A stretch of 61,881 nucleotides of DNA from the NCBI GenBank assembly GCA_000992305.1, contig LBTY01000008.1:889-62769 (forward strand), read 5' to 3'. Origin of the DNA: a candidate division TM6 bacterium GW2011_GWF2_38_10. Lineage in GTDB: Bacteria > Babelota > Babeliae > Babelales > RVW-14. The notes under the pieces were generated by a model that was given only the letters and a program-made list of their open reading frames with translations, was not told the origin of the DNA and ran no database searches. The first letter of the stretch is position 1, and each line of letters opens with the position of its first letter. Positions 9,688-20,353 of this stretch are shown here, piece after piece. A program made the translations under genes and the position numbers.

Positions 9688-11283
9688 TTACGCTTTCTCA
9701 ACTAACCATTTTAACGAAACACTCTTTCCCTTAGTAAAATAAAAGCTAATCCCAACATGCATAACCGGCAGCTTGCTCTCTACCACATACTTATAGGAAT
9801 AATTATTTTTTTTAATTTGCGCTAGCGCCGCCGCTGGATTACGATCCTTTTTAAACTCAATCACGAACACATTCGTTGGCGTAGTGATAACTCCATCAAT
9901 AAATCCAAGGTCGGTAGCTTCTTCAACAAACATATGCACACCCAACAACTTGCAGATAGTAAAAAAGGTTGCCTGATAGCACTTTTCTCGATTTACAATA
10001 ACGTTGTGCGGGATCAAACGCATAAAGTTTTGCATATGCATTAAAAACGTATCCACATCGCCGGCAAGCAACGCCCGACGAAACTTAGCAATCCAATCAG
10101 CAAATGCATCAAGCGAAACCTGCACAAGCTCAAGCATAATCTGCTCGGTGCACGAACGACGAACTTCTTCATTGGGATAGTGCAACCAATACATCGAAGC
10201 AAAATCATCATATTCTTTAATGGTCAAATATCCCGTCTGCAAAAACAATACCAACAAATTATCATACAATCGTGCAATATTAAAATTTTGAATCGATGAT
10301 GATGAAATTTTTTGCAATTCAAGCGTGAGTAACTGCTCCTTTAATTCGTTGCGCTTCTCTTCTGGCGCATCGGTGAGCGCGGTGAGCATAAATTTTGGCG
10401 TACCGCTTGAAAACCAATAGTTTTCTATTTTTTTATCATCTAAACAATATGCAATCGAAAAGGGATTGTATACCTTTTCGCCTTGATTTGAAAACTTAAA
10501 CCCGTTATACCATCGCTTAAGCTCTGCAAGAGCTTGTTGATATGTCCACCCCTTTGCTTGTGCCAACGCATTAATGTGTTCCTTAAAATTTTCTTCCAGT
10601 TCTTGTTGTGTATAACCACACATGGTTGCCACATCTTCATTCATAGAAAGATCTTTAAGATTATTCAACTCCGAAAAAAGTGAAACCTTAGAAAATCGGC
10701 TCACACCGGTAATAAATAAAAAACGCATGCAGCTGCCAACATTATTCCCCTTGAAAACACCATAAAGGCTGCGCATAAGTTGTTGCATTTTTTCAACCAT
10801 CGCTTTATCATCAATGTGGTCCAAAATCGGCTTGTCATATTCATCAATAATCACCGCAACTGGGCCATGCTTTTCATGCAATTTTATAATCAATTGAGCC
10901 AAATAAGTTCCAGGAGCAATTGATTGATCAATGCTTACACCATATTTTTGTGCACAATTGTGTAACGTAACTTTTACGTTATCGATTAATTCCGTATCAG
11001 TTTTATGACTCACCTCGGCAAAACTGATATGGATCACCGGATGTTTTTTCCAATCATACTCCATGCAGCTTATTGCAAGGCCATCAAATAATTCTTTTTT
11101 ACCCTGAAAAATAGCTTCTAATGTTGAACAAGTTAATGACTTGCCAAAACGACGAGGCCGTGATAAAAAAAATGCACCATAGTTTTTAATAAGCTTGCAA
11201 AGATGAGCAGTTTTGTCAACATATGCACACCCCTGATTAATCAATAATTCAAAGCTTGAAATCGATACGGCAAGTTTTTTCAT
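9688..11283 (-). CDS. AAA-ATPase-like protein with PD-(D/E)XK nuclease domain (copy 2, divergent)
   Basis: YVDKT, RPRRFGKS, IIDEYDKP, WYNGF, YNPFS and GFID...VIEFK. Likely start is MKKLAV at 11283. Confidence 0.88.
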   Translation of the reverse strand: MKKLAVSISSFELLINQGCAYVDKTAHLCKLIKNYGAFFLSRPRRFGKSLTCSTLEAIFQGKKELFDGLAISCMEYDWKKHPVIHISFAEVSHKTDTELIDNVKVTLHNCAQKYGVSIDQSIAPGTYLAQLIIKLHEKHGPVAVIIDEYDKPILDHIDDKAMVEKMQQLMRSLYGVFKGNNVGSCMRFLFITGVSRFSKVSLFSELNNLKDLSMNEDVATMCGYTQQELEENFKEHINALAQAKGWTYQQALAELKRWYNGFKFSNQGEKVYNPFSIAYCLDDKKIENYWFSSGTPKFMLTALTDAPEEKRNELKEQLLTLELQKISSSSIQNFNIARLYDNLLVLFLQTGYLTIKEYDDFASMYWLHYPNEEVRRSCTEQIMLELVQVSLDAFADWIAKFRRALLAGDVDTFLMHMQNFMRLIPHNVIVNREKCYQATFFTICKLLGVHMFVEEATDLGFIDGVITTPTNVFVIEFKKDRNPAAALAQIKKNNYSYKYVVESKLPVMHVGISFYFTKGKSVSLKWLVEKA

Positions 11284-11362
11284 CGCATTCCTTTTCATCA
11301 TAACATCACTGTCCTATCCCGCAAACACATAGACAAGCGTAAGTATATCACATAAATTTCAG

Positions 11363-13975
11363 CTACACCTGTTTTTTCAATTCCCAAAGTATATCATATG
11401 CTTGCCGAGGGGTTAATCCATCAAGATCAAGATTGCGAACACGCTGCAGCCACTCCATTACTTTTTTATCAACACAATACTCACAATGCAAGGCCTGCGG
11501 CGGCGTATCAAGAGCAGAACTTAAGGTTGTTTCATGCCGTTCCATAGCTTTTAAAAGTTGCGCCGCACGCGTTGTAATAGCCGCTGGCACTTGTGCAAGG
11601 CGCGCAACATCAACACCAAAACTACTTTGAGCAACACCAGGAATAATGGTATGTAAAAAAACAATATCATCATCAACTTTTTTACAATCGGCATGATAAT
11701 TGGCAATGACAGGAATCGTTTGTTGCAACATGGTAAGTTCATGATAATGAGTTGCAAACAAGCATCGAGCCCCAAGATACTGCGCTATGTACTCAATAAT
11801 TGCTTGCGCAAGCGCCATACCATCAAAGGTGCTCGTCCCACGCCCAACCTCATCCAAAATAACTAAACTTTGCGCACGAGCTTGCGTACAAATCGTAGCT
11901 GTTTCTTCCATTTCCACCAAAAAGGTACTTTTACCTAACGCAACATTATCCCCCGCCCCAATACGCGTAAAAATACGATCAACGATAAAAAGATCTGCAG
12001 CCTCGGCAGGGACAAAACTACCTGCCTGCGCCATAATGCTGATTAACGCAACTTGCCGCAAATACGTTGACTTACCACCCATATTAGGACCGGTTATAAT
12101 CAATAACGATTGCTGATCATTTATCTGCGTATTATTTGGAATAAACGCCGCACCAACATTCTGTGCAACAACCGGATGTCGTCCTCCAACAATATTAATC
12201 GACCGTTTATCATTAAATGTTGGACGAACATAATGATTATGGTAAGCAATCCACGCAAAACCAAACAACCCATCAAGATATGCGAGCGCTTGAGCACAAA
12301 GACGCAATGATGACAAATACGTACGAACATTTTGCTTAACGCGCGCAAAAACTTCTTTTTCAATTTCGCCAAGCTCGTTACGGGCCTTAAACAAATCAGC
12401 CTCTATACCTTTCAGCTCCGGCGTGGTAAATCGTTGACGATTTGAAAGCGTTTGCTTATGAACATAGCGCTCTGGAATTTTGGCAAGATGCGTCTGAGTA
12501 ACCTCAATGTAGTATCCCGATAAATCGGTAAACCCTATTTTAAGGCTTGCAATTCCCGTCGCCGCAACCTCGCAAGACTCCAGCGCTAAAATGTCTTGAT
12601 GGCTATGCGCCAACAAATGACGCAGTCGGTCCAACTCTGGGTTAAATCCTGATTTAATGACCACATCAACGGCAGGATCATCATTTAAACTTGATTGCAA
12701 TAAGGTAATTAACGATGAAAAATCGGCAATTTTTTGCACAAGCATCATTGCAAGCTGCGGCTTTGGCTCAAGCTGAGCAAGCTGAGACAATAATGATGTG
12801 ACGTCCCCTAATAACAATAACGAATCACGCAATGCTTTATAATCGGCAACCGTTGCGCGATCAAGCGCAATGCGTCCAATAATCCGCTCAAGATCTGCAA
12901 CCTGCCCTAACGTGCGCTCAAAAGCCTGCAAAAGAGCAACATTGTGAACGAGTGCCGATACCACATCAAGCCGCTGTTCAATACTCACGCGCTGCATCAA
13001 AGGACGTAAAATCCATTTTTTAATGGTACGAGAACCCATCGCCGTTTTAGCTCCATCCATAACGGCAAATAGCGTTTTAGCCCCGCCACTCTGTTTTTCG
13101 GCTCCATACCCACCGGCAACTACCAAATCAAGATTTTTTTGCGTAGCAGCATCAAGAAGAAGATAATCATCGGGCTCATAAAAATGTACACTTTTAAAGT
13201 GCTCAAGGGCCCCCTGCTGATGTTTATGCAAATACCCAAACAACTGCTCCATGCCGCCATTGAGCGCCGGCTTTGATCGAAGCTGCTGCACAATAGCATC
13301 AGAAAATTGTTGTTCAATAACCGCGCGAGCAATCGACGGCAATGCATAATCATCCCTGCTGTCTTCGTTCATAATTACAGGAGTTGTACAATAACCAAGT
13401 TGTCCAAAATAAGTTACCAACCCAGCCTGAGTACGCATGGTAGGAATAAGAATTTCATCGGGCGAAAAACGAGCCAACTCAGCCTCAAGCAATCGATGTT
13501 CACCAACCGCAACCGTTGTAGCAAAAAGCTGTGCCGTTAACAATTCAGAAAAAACAAGAGCCCATTGATCATCACACGGAAAAAACGATAATAAATACGA
13601 TGCTGTTTTTTCATCAAGTAACGCTTGGTCGGTCAAGGTGCCGGGAGTAAAAACATGAGTAACCCCGCGCTGCACAACCGTTCCGGGCATAGGTTTGGTA
13701 AGCTGATCGCAAACCGCCACTCGATATCCTTGCCGAATAAGTTTGGGAACATAATGATTCAGCGCATGAACTGGAATCCCACACAATGGAACATCAACGC
13801 CTTTATTTTTGCCCCGCTTTGTTAACGTAATCGCCAACGTAGCCGCTGCTTTTTGTGCATCCTCAAAAAATAATTCATAAAAATCACCAACCTGAAACAA
13901 CAATAAAGCATCAGGATACTGGCTTTTAATGGTAAAATATTGCTCCATTAATGGGGTATTTTTTTCAGCGACCAT
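11363..13975 (-). CDS. mutS: DNA mismatch repair protein MutS
   Basis: TPLMEQY, GDFYELF, GPNMGGKST, STFLVEM, DEVGRGTS and FATHYHEL motifs. Confidence 0.98.
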   Translation of the reverse strand: MVAEKNTPLMEQYFTIKSQYPDALLLFQVGDFYELFFEDAQKAAATLAITLTKRGKNKGVDVPLCGIPVHALNHYVPKLIRQGYRVAVCDQLTKPMPGTVVQRGVTHVFTPGTLTDQALLDEKTASYLLSFFPCDDQWALVFSELLTAQLFATTVAVGEHRLLEAELARFSPDEILIPTMRTQAGLVTYFGQLGYCTTPVIMNEDSRDDYALPSIARAVIEQQFSDAIVQQLRSKPALNGGMEQLFGYLHKHQQGALEHFKSVHFYEPDDYLLLDAATQKNLDLVVAGGYGAEKQSGGAKTLFAVMDGAKTAMGSRTIKKWILRPLMQRVSIEQRLDVVSALVHNVALLQAFERTLGQVADLERIIGRIALDRATVADYKALRDSLLLLGDVTSLLSQLAQLEPKPQLAMMLVQKIADFSSLITLLQSSLNDDPAVDVVIKSGFNPELDRLRHLLAHSHQDILALESCEVAATGIASLKIGFTDLSGYYIEVTQTHLAKIPERYVHKQTLSNRQRFTTPELKGIEADLFKARNELGEIEKEVFARVKQNVRTYLSSLRLCAQALAYLDGLFGFAWIAYHNHYVRPTFNDKRSINIVGGRHPVVAQNVGAAFIPNNTQINDQQSLLIITGPNMGGKSTYLRQVALISIMAQAGSFVPAEAADLFIVDRIFTRIGAGDNVALGKSTFLVEMEETATICTQARAQSLVILDEVGRGTSTFDGMALAQAIIEYIAQYLGARCLFATHYHELTMLQQTIPVIANYHADCKKVDDDIVFLHTIIPGVAQSSFGVDVARLAQVPAAITTRAAQLLKAMERHETTLSSALDTPPQALHCEYCVDKKVMEWLQRVRNLDLDGLTPRQAYDILWELKKQV

Positions 13976-14068
13976 TGATCATCAACCTCTTGCATTCCAT
14001 GGTAATCTAACTTTTGCCAACCTACTCCCCACTACCGAATCCTTTTATCTCCTGTACTGTAGCATAAC

Positions 14069-14503
14069 TTACTCACCCTGCATAGCCTCAATACTTACCA
14101 ACCGATTTTCATACACCCCACCCAAAAAAGGCGTAGCCAACCACGCCGCAACAATTGCCTGATTATCACCACTTGAAACAAATTCAGCCGATAACACTAA
14201 GATATTTGCTCGATCATGAGCCGCCGCCGCTTGAGCAACCTCAACAGACCAACACAACGCCGCATAAATCCCACAAAACCGATTTGCCGCTATTGACATC
14301 CCCACCCCAGACCCACAAATTAAAATTCCACGTGATTCTGGAGTTTTTTGTACAGCCTTGCACACAAGTTGCGCATAGCGAGGATAGTCGGTTCGATTAT
14401 CAGAAAAAGCTCCTTGGTCAACAAACTCAAGCTCAGTAAAATGTTCAATAAGCTGCGCCTTTAACGCAACCCCGCGGTGATCAGCCCCAATAAAAATCTT
14501 CAT
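14069..14503 (-). CDS. rpiB: Ribose-5-phosphate isomerase B
   Basis: IGADHRG, DYP and CGSGVGMSIAAN motifs; start re-called at MKIFIG. Confidence 0.95.
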   Translation of the reverse strand: MKIFIGADHRGVALKAQLIEHFTELEFVDQGAFSDNRTDYPRYAQLVCKAVQKTPESRGILICGSGVGMSIAANRFCGIYAALCWSVEVAQAAAAHDRANILVLSAEFVSSGDNQAIVAAWLATPFLGGVYENRLVSIEAMQGE

Positions 14504-15161
14504 ATCGCTTATCCTTAGCACCGGTATTTTCCAGCGCCTGTAAATCCCACACCAATGACATTTTTTCTTGAATTGATTGTACTGTTAACGTAATAACCCC
14601 CTGCACGGGCTGATCAGCCGGCAATGGTGGAAATTTAACCATATATGCCGTTTTAAACATAACACGTTGCGACCCAAAAAATACCTGATATTCAGGTTCA
14701 AGATCAACTTCTTTAACACTCAATGGTGCATACGATTTATTTTGATAGTTCATTGAAAACGTCCAAGGAGCATGAGCATCAGATAAACTCAATCCAGATC
14801 GATCTCGAACATCAGCTAAAACGCAAAAGGTTGTCCAATGATTATTTTCTTCTCGCGCTCGCGCAATAAATGCTTCCGCAGCATCACCCACAATACCACG
14901 TTTTTTACAATGAAAATTTCCATACGCAACACGCACATCATCTGAAAGCCATAAAACATCAAAAAGCGCTTTCGTGCAAAATTGCTCATACACGCGCGTT
15001 GATCGTATATAATTAAGTGCTACATCATCATATCGTTCTTGTTTTTCCGGTTGCGGAAATTCACTCGGCAAGGTTTTGTGATATTTAATACATCCAGGCA
15101 CAATACATGCGATAACCGCACACATAAGCATTATGCCATATCGACTTTGTATAATTTTCAT
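14481..15161 (-). CDS. Putative lipoprotein
   Basis: Basic N-terminus, hydrophobic stretch and lipobox-like VPGC; overlaps the rpiB start. Confidence 0.7.
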   Translation of the reverse strand: MKIIQSRYGIMLMCAVIACIVPGCIKYHKTLPSEFPQPEKQERYDDVALNYIRSTRVYEQFCTKALFDVLWLSDDVRVAYGNFHCKKRGIVGDAAEAFIARAREENNHWTTFCVLADVRDRSGLSLSDAHAPWTFSMNYQNKSYAPLSVKEVDLEPEYQVFFGSQRVMFKTAYMVKFPPLPADQPVQGVITLTVQSIQEKMSLVWDLQALENTGAKDKRYEDFYWG

Positions 15162-15275
15162 ATAAAGATACCTCGTAAGAATAGCTATTCTACTTAAACC
15201 ATAAACCTAGTATACTCTAAGCAGCCACGTGGGCAAAGATAAAATTATATCCATTAACCCCCAAAAAGGATACCC

Positions 15276-16220
15276 ATGATGTTACAAACCCCAAGCCGCA
15301 TTCTCATCGTTAGCAATGATCCATCAACACACACACAACTGAGTCAAGAACTCCAAGCAACCTACGAAATACTTACCGCCACAACCCTCAAAGAAGTTAT
15401 TGAGCAAGCACACGGAGCTCCGACACCCGTATGCATTATCATAGACCATCAACCACCAACAACCGATGCTCTCGTCATCACCCACGAAATAAAAGCACAT
15501 TTTACCACCTACCACATTCCCGTCATTATCATAACAAAAACAGTTGATCAATCCTTTGTAAGCAATGCCGTTCACGTTGGCGCCGACGATTTTATTCAAA
15601 AACCACTGATTGCTCACCACTTACAAAGCCGCATATTTATGAACATACAGCGCGCAGAGCGCGACCAAAATGCCAACCCATTAACCAAACTTCCCGGCAA
15701 TGCAACCATTAATCGCCTCATGGTCGCTCGACTCGGACGACCACTAGCAATTTTGTACATCGATTTAGACTACTTTAAAGTCTACAACGATACCTATGGT
15801 TTTGATAAAGGGGATGCCCTTATTTGTGCTGCAGCTCACATTATTTCAACAGCAACCCAACAACACGGCAATACAAGTGACTTTGTTGGACATCTTGGCG
15901 GCGATGATTTTATCGTACTTTCAACACCAAACAAAGCTATAGCAATTGCGCACACAATCTGCTCAACCTTTGACGCAACTGTTCCTTCTTTTTATGATAT
16001 TCAAGCGCAACAACAAAAAACTATACGCGCCAAAGATCGACAAGGTGTTGAGCGAACATTTCCGCTCACGTCAGTTTCTATCGCGATTATTTCAAACGAA
16101 CATCAACCATTTTATTCAATTGCACACATCAGCCAACAGGCAACAGACCTAAAAAAATATGCAAAAAGCAAGCCCGATGGAATTCAAGCAAGTAATTATG
16201 TCATCGAGCGACGTATATAA
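15276..16220 (+). CDS. Response regulator-diguanylate cyclase (REC-GGDEF)
   Basis: REC domain with GADDFIQKP, then NPLTKLP, DLDYFKVYNDTYG and GGDDF. Confidence 0.9.
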   Translation: MMLQTPSRILIVSNDPSTHTQLSQELQATYEILTATTLKEVIEQAHGAPTPVCIIIDHQPPTTDALVITHEIKAHFTTYHIPVIIITKTVDQSFVSNAVHVGADDFIQKPLIAHHLQSRIFMNIQRAERDQNANPLTKLPGNATINRLMVARLGRPLAILYIDLDYFKVYNDTYGFDKGDALICAAAHIISTATQQHGNTSDFVGHLGGDDFIVLSTPNKAIAIAHTICSTFDATVPSFYDIQAQQQKTIRAKDRQGVERTFPLTSVSIAIISNEHQPFYSIAHISQQATDLKKYAKSKPDGIQASNYVIERRI

Positions 16221-16267
16221 AAAAGCCCATTGCGTGCGCATTTCAGGTGCGCACGCAATGGGCTTTT
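16221..16267. terminator. Bidirectional terminator with 20-bp perfect arms
   Basis: AAAAGCCCATTGCGTGCGCA-N7-TGCGCACGCAATGGGCTTTT between convergent genes. Confidence 0.85.
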
Positions 16268-16277
16268 AGCTCAACTA

Positions 16278-18218
16278 TTACACAGCGTTATAAACAACAT
16301 TACCACCAACAATAACACGCGCATTAGATAAAATGTTTACCGAACAATTATTGCTTGCATATTCTCCATCTCCAAAAGAAATCTCTTTATTAATAGCCTT
16401 TCCCGAATACGTTACCGGATACAGCTCAAGATCATTAGACCCAGACTGTTTTCCAATGGCACAATATCCCCCATCAGCTGATACCGATATTTGTGCTGAA
16501 CTCGATAGTGCGAAAGATGACACATATGCCGCCTGCCCACCAACAAATGAAAACCAACGCACCGTATTATTCCCAACACTCAATAGAAAATTTCCACCAG
16601 ACACCCAATCTATTCCTGAAATTGACGAACCAGAAACAGTTGATGTTAATTGCAACTGAGCATTGGCAAAAGAATAAATACGTAAATTCGAACTCCCAAT
16701 CGCTACATAATTACCATCGGGAGACCATGCTAACGTCGAAACAGATCCATCACTAACAGTCTGGACCCAATCAAAAGACTCATCAACAAGTCGATACAAA
16801 CGCAGATCAGAGGCACCGACCGCTAAATACCGTCCATCACGAGACCACTTCAAACTATTCACACTACTTCCCACATTCACCGTCTGCAAATACGTAAGTT
16901 GCCCGTATTTAAAAGAATATAATTCAAGCCCAACCGTATCGGTATAATATTTACCAATCGCTAAAAATCTACCATCAGGAGACCAAGCAACCGGCCGCAC
17001 CTGATTACTAATGGTAAACGTTTGCTTGGACTGTAACAATCCATCTTCTAATGCATATAAAACAAGACGAGGTGTACTATCTCGTCCAATGGCAAGATAG
17101 TTACCATCGGGAGACCAGGCAACACAATGAACGCTATTAGCACCACCGAGTGATTGCTTATGCACCAACTGCCCACCTTCTAAAGCATAAAGATGCAACC
17201 TATCAGTACCAGATAATGTACCAACCGCAACATAACGCCCATTAGGAGAAAATGCTAAGGTAAAAACTGATACAAGGTTAACTGATTGAAGCTTTGATGC
17301 ACTTACCACAGATAGATTGAAATCACGCTGCTCAATAGATACTAAATCATCAAAATACACGTCCCCATTGGTAAGTTGCATACCAGTCCCAGTTGCTTTA
17401 AGCGTTGCACCATCAAAAAATAATGAAGCTGTTTCATCAACAAACTTTAACAAATCCCTATGCGAAGTACATGGAGAAAATGAAAATGTTGTTCCATAAT
17501 CAAAATATAATTGACTTGCAGGAGCAACAAAACTTGGCACCGACGCCGCATACACAAGCGCACTAGTTCCGGTCACCACCACATCATTATGGAAAAAAAA
17601 CTGCCCTTTATTCAAATATAAATCATTACCCAAATTGAGTACCACATTATCAAAACAAAGCTTACTCAACGACGTAGAAACGTGAAGAGCCGGTTGGCCA
17701 GGGTACGATCGATCAACCATTAACACCATATTTTTTAGAGTAAGCGTACTATCAGTATCCAAAAATAATTGCGTATCGGGCTCTAAATGAAGTGTATTTC
17801 CATGCCCATCAATAACCATATCACCCGCACAATGCACGACAACCCCTCGCGGAACCGTAACATCAGAATGTAAAGCGACACCACTCCCCTCAGACAAAAT
17901 ATATCCCCCTTGGGTAATGGTACTTTGATTATCAAGCGCAAGACAACCTTCTAACACAAGATTACCAGTTCCTCGCAAATCAATGCTTCCTGCTACAGGA
18001 TACAAACAATTCACAGTCGCAGTTGCATTATTAAGCACCGTAAAACCATCATCTAAATATACAAACCCCTTGGCTTGCTCACCATCACGAAAAACATGAT
18101 GATCTTCTTTAAAAATAACACTCGACGTTCCATCAAGCGACGCCGCAGAAAGCCCAATAGTCACCAATGTTATTCCCAACAATGCGCCACCCCAAAAAAC
18201 TATGCTATGCTTGAGCAT
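16278..18218 (-). CDS. Exported scaffold + WD40 beta-propeller protein (paralog 3)
   Basis: Signal peptide, SLDGT...KGFVY...IDLRGTG scaffold, about seven WSPDG-type blades and a conserved C-terminal cap. Confidence 0.85.
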   Translation of the reverse strand: MLKHSIVFWGGALLGITLVTIGLSAASLDGTSSVIFKEDHHVFRDGEQAKGFVYLDDGFTVLNNATATVNCLYPVAGSIDLRGTGNLVLEGCLALDNQSTITQGGYILSEGSGVALHSDVTVPRGVVVHCAGDMVIDGHGNTLHLEPDTQLFLDTDSTLTLKNMVLMVDRSYPGQPALHVSTSLSKLCFDNVVLNLGNDLYLNKGQFFFHNDVVVTGTSALVYAASVPSFVAPASQLYFDYGTTFSFSPCTSHRDLLKFVDETASLFFDGATLKATGTGMQLTNGDVYFDDLVSIEQRDFNLSVVSASKLQSVNLVSVFTLAFSPNGRYVAVGTLSGTDRLHLYALEGGQLVHKQSLGGANSVHCVAWSPDGNYLAIGRDSTPRLVLYALEDGLLQSKQTFTISNQVRPVAWSPDGRFLAIGKYYTDTVGLELYSFKYGQLTYLQTVNVGSSVNSLKWSRDGRYLAVGASDLRLYRLVDESFDWVQTVSDGSVSTLAWSPDGNYVAIGSSNLRIYSFANAQLQLTSTVSGSSISGIDWVSGGNFLLSVGNNTVRWFSFVGGQAAYVSSFALSSSAQISVSADGGYCAIGKQSGSNDLELYPVTYSGKAINKEISFGDGEYASNNCSVNILSNARVIVGGNVVYNAV

Positions 18219-18286
18219 ACAATCTCCTTCCTCTTTTTTTTAAAACCATTCCAACCAAACTTCTCACACCTTTTTAAACTAAACTA

Positions 18287-20086
18287 TCACTTTTTTGTTC
18301 CTCGTTTTTTGCTCTGTTTTTTAGGCTCTGCAGAGTAAGCTCCCTTACTTATTAACATACCCGAATTGTACACCTGGTACATCCATGCCATATGCTTGCC
18401 TTGAAACGCAATACCTATTTTGGCCACCACTAAAATCCCTCGCCGCTGCATTTCAAGATCATACGCATATTCATCAATCTGCTCACGAGCTCCTTTGGCA
18501 TACGTTGATAATGGTTTTTTTTCAGAAAGCTTGCGTCGCTTAAACTCAATAATCATCCCCATTTTTTTTGTATCCTTGGGAAAAATACATACATCATAGC
18601 GGCCGTATCCACTTTCACGATTTGATGCTGTTTCATACGTATGACCAAGGCTGGCAAAAATCCCCAACGCAAAAGCCTGATAGGCATTTTCCCCTTTATC
18701 ACCAACATCAAAAAAACTTAAACTTTCTAAAACCGCTTGCTCAAAATTTTGCAAAAATTCCTCAACATCACCCGTTTTAATCCCATTAATCATGTGATCA
18801 AAATAAACACGACTTGCGGGAACTTCATTAAACCATGACGTAACCATTGTTTTTAACGAATCCAAAACTTCAAAATTAGGAGCAATAAGCGCCGCTGTTG
18901 TTTTACCCACCATATTTGTGCGACTCTTCCACGTAAGGTATCCAGTAAACACTAAAAATGACCACAACGCACTTGAATCATTGTACACATCGCGGAATAC
19001 AATCGTATCGCTAATTGTTTTTTCAATCGAACCACCATCTAATATTCGCAGCAAATTCTCTTTATCCTCTGCCGATGCCTTACGCATAGATTTTTCAATA
19101 AGCATATGCACGCCCGTGTTGATCCAATGAGCACCAAGAGCCTTTTTATTAATGCATTCAATAATTGACCAAGGATTATAGACCATCGTAAAAGACTCAT
19201 GCCCCTGCACATCGTACTTTGGCAAACCAACACGATAGCCATTGTACCATTCACGAACTTTTTCTCGATCAATCTGCGTTTGAAAATAATTAAGCACTGC
19301 TGTCACTTCATCTTCTAAAAAACCAAATTTATCGGCAAACGCATCATCAAGCAACGAGTATGTTGCTGCATTATTCATCCCCGAAAAAAGGCTATCTTTG
19401 GCAATGCGCAAAATACCCGTTATCACCGAAAATTCAAGATAATTATTGTCTTTCAAGCCAGCGCAAAAAAAATTGTACATAAAATTTTTTATTTCTTCAT
19501 AATAATTAAATTCAAAACCAGCTTGCATTGGCGCATCATATTCATCGATGAGAATAATTACTTTTTGATTATAAACATTATAAAGATGCTCTGAAAGAAA
19601 TTTCAACGCTTGTTCATAATGTGTTTGAGACGCTTTTTGAGTTATCAACGCCTGCCAAATTGACTGATTATGCTCATCAATACATGAATTTTGAAGCACA
19701 ACACCATGACGTTTACATTCGGCAGTAATTAAAAGCGTTATCGCTTCGTAGCATCCTTGCCACGTCGAACTTTTTATCCCCTTAAACGAGATAAAAATAA
19801 CAGGATATTGCCCTTGCTGCGCCATAACTTCAGGATAGTTTGTTATGGCAAGACCATCAAACAAATGACGATTATCAGATTGTTTTGGATTTTTTTCAAA
19901 AAAATATTGAAGCATCGACATATTCAATGTTTTTCCAAACCTGCGGGGGCGCGGAAGAATCGTTACCGGTTTTGCTTCATGCAAAACATCGTAAATAAAC
20001 ATTGACTTATCAACATAGTAATAACCACGCTCAATCAATGTTTTAAAATCGTGAACACCTAATCCAAGTTCTTTTTTCATCATCAT
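18287..20086 (-). CDS. AAA-ATPase-like protein with PD-(D/E)XK nuclease domain (copy 3, close paralog of copy 1)
   Basis: Same motifs as copy 1, with long identical peptide stretches in the ATPase part. Confidence 0.9.
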   Translation of the reverse strand: MMMKKELGLGVHDFKTLIERGYYYVDKSMFIYDVLHEAKPVTILPRPRRFGKTLNMSMLQYFFEKNPKQSDNRHLFDGLAITNYPEVMAQQGQYPVIFISFKGIKSSTWQGCYEAITLLITAECKRHGVVLQNSCIDEHNQSIWQALITQKASQTHYEQALKFLSEHLYNVYNQKVIILIDEYDAPMQAGFEFNYYEEIKNFMYNFFCAGLKDNNYLEFSVITGILRIAKDSLFSGMNNAATYSLLDDAFADKFGFLEDEVTAVLNYFQTQIDREKVREWYNGYRVGLPKYDVQGHESFTMVYNPWSIIECINKKALGAHWINTGVHMLIEKSMRKASAEDKENLLRILDGGSIEKTISDTIVFRDVYNDSSALWSFLVFTGYLTWKSRTNMVGKTTAALIAPNFEVLDSLKTMVTSWFNEVPASRVYFDHMINGIKTGDVEEFLQNFEQAVLESLSFFDVGDKGENAYQAFALGIFASLGHTYETASNRESGYGRYDVCIFPKDTKKMGMIIEFKRRKLSEKKPLSTYAKGAREQIDEYAYDLEMQRRGILVVAKIGIAFQGKHMAWMYQVYNSGMLISKGAYSAEPKKQSKKRGTKK

Positions 20087-20208
20087 CCTATTTCCATAAT
20101 TTTTTAAGATGAATTTTTGCGCTTATCACCGCGGGTATCGATCCGGGGCAAAACCGTCGTTGTAGCATGTCACCCGTAGGAGCGTATCAACGCTCGCCGA
20201 CTGTTGCC

Positions 20209-20248
20209 AGTATACCAAAGCGCACCAATATTGCATACGCCCTGTTTT
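20209..20248 (-). promoter_or_regulatory. Conserved upstream element and probable promoter of AAA copy 3
   Basis: Matches 4846-4885: an identical 19-mer plus TGGTATACT at the same spacing. Confidence 0.6.
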
Positions 20249-20353
20249 CATTTTAATTATTAACAATGAATTTTACATTTTGCTCAACGTTTAATAAACT
20301 CATTTCTCAATTACACTATCATAATATAACACCTTAATTCCATAAGGACACTC

